Below are positions 24,366 to 24,724 of a stretch of DNA of 24,724 nt, one piece after another. Numbering within the stretch: position 1 is the stretch's first letter; the number at the start of each line of letters is the position of its first letter. The notes beneath the pieces are model-generated. The model saw only the letters and a program-made list of their open reading frames with translations. It was not told the origin of the DNA and made no database searches. The position numbers and the translations under genes are program-made. Source of the stretch: a virus (lineage: Duplodnaviria > Caudoviricetes); IMG/VR virus record IMGVR_UViG_3300009154_000264, positions 1 to 24,724 of that record; one strand, written 5' to 3'.

Positions 24366-24497
24366 TGTTCTTCTCCTTTAGTTGATGGTAAGCCCATCTG
24401 ACACCTTCTCTCCATGCTTCAGCAGTCTTCATGGCATAGGATGTACGCAACAAGCCTTGGTCAATCTCCTCATCCGTCAGCCCCACCCAAGGGCGCT
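24206..24497. repeat. 36-bp direct repeat (35/36 identical) encoding RPWVGLTDEEI
   Basis: caatctcctcatccgtcagccc(t/c)acccaagggcgct at 24206-24241 and 24462-24497. Confidence 0.9.
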
Positions 24498-24723
24498 GTG
24501 GTGGGGTGGTGTAAACAGGAAAACAATCTTTGCAAGCCTTGTCCGCTGTCGGTAAACCGAACAAACCGTTTTTGTCTGGGCTACAAAGATACGCCACAGG
24601 CTCCTGCACTGGCTGTGGTGCGTCAATGGTGTCCTTCAATAAATGAACACCACCATCTAACCTCTCAATAGCCGCGACCACGCCGATACAACCATCCGCC
24701 TCCCAATGTGCTCTGAAAGAATA
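24358..24723 (-). CDS. Hypothetical protein with QEPVA...YTTPPQRPWVGLTDEEI module (5'-truncated)
   Basis: The frame is open to the window edge (YSFRAHWEADGCIGVVAAIER...), so the true start probably lies outside the window. Confidence 0.65.
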   Translation of the reverse strand, partial: YSFRAHWEADGCIGVVAAIERLDGGVHLLKDTIDAPQPVQEPVAYLCSPDKNGLFGLPTADKACKDCFPVYTTPPQRPWVGLTDEEIDQGLLRTSYAMKTAEAWREGVRWAYHQLKEKNNG

Positions 24724-24724
24724 C

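Noticed and set aside
23724-24497. Direct repeats as a possible CRISPR array or att sites
   Set aside because: Only two copies each, in coding sequence, with 182-256 bp spacing; no cas or integrase genes in the window.
24024-24671. Plus-strand ORFs at the right end
   Set aside because: They are antisense to a well-tiled minus-strand operon with clear RBSs.

Overview
This window is a segment of a tailed dsDNA phage genome (Caudoviricetes, podovirus-like). Its gene style suggests an uncultured freshwater phage, possibly of Betaproteobacteria; the host is inference only. Positions 1-19990 (+) form a late operon: the 3' part of a repeat-built tail fibre, a tail assembly chaperone, a lysis cassette (membrane protein, holin-like protein, GH24 endolysin), a nozzle/stabilisation-type tail protein, a small needle/fibre-like protein, three putative ejection proteins and a 2672-aa large polyvalent protein. 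Positions 19979-24724 (-) hold small, translationally coupled accessory genes, including a Ref-like HNH nuclease, a Zn-finger gene missed by the ORF track and a fucosyltransferase-like gene. They are interrupted by an inverted two-gene cassette (metallophosphoesterase plus a hyper-acidic protein) with its own putative promoter and terminator. The most interesting signal is in the giant protein. After a HExxH metallopeptidase domain, four unrelated cargo modules (unknown helical, HhH-glycosylase-like, ADP-ribosyltransferase-like, ParB-like) are each bounded by the same [KR]xSLR pentapeptide, suggesting a self-processing, cassette-swappable effector polyprotein injected with the genome. No tRNA, rRNA, CRISPR array, integrase or reverse transcriptase was seen. 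All family assignments come from motif recognition by eye, not database searches.
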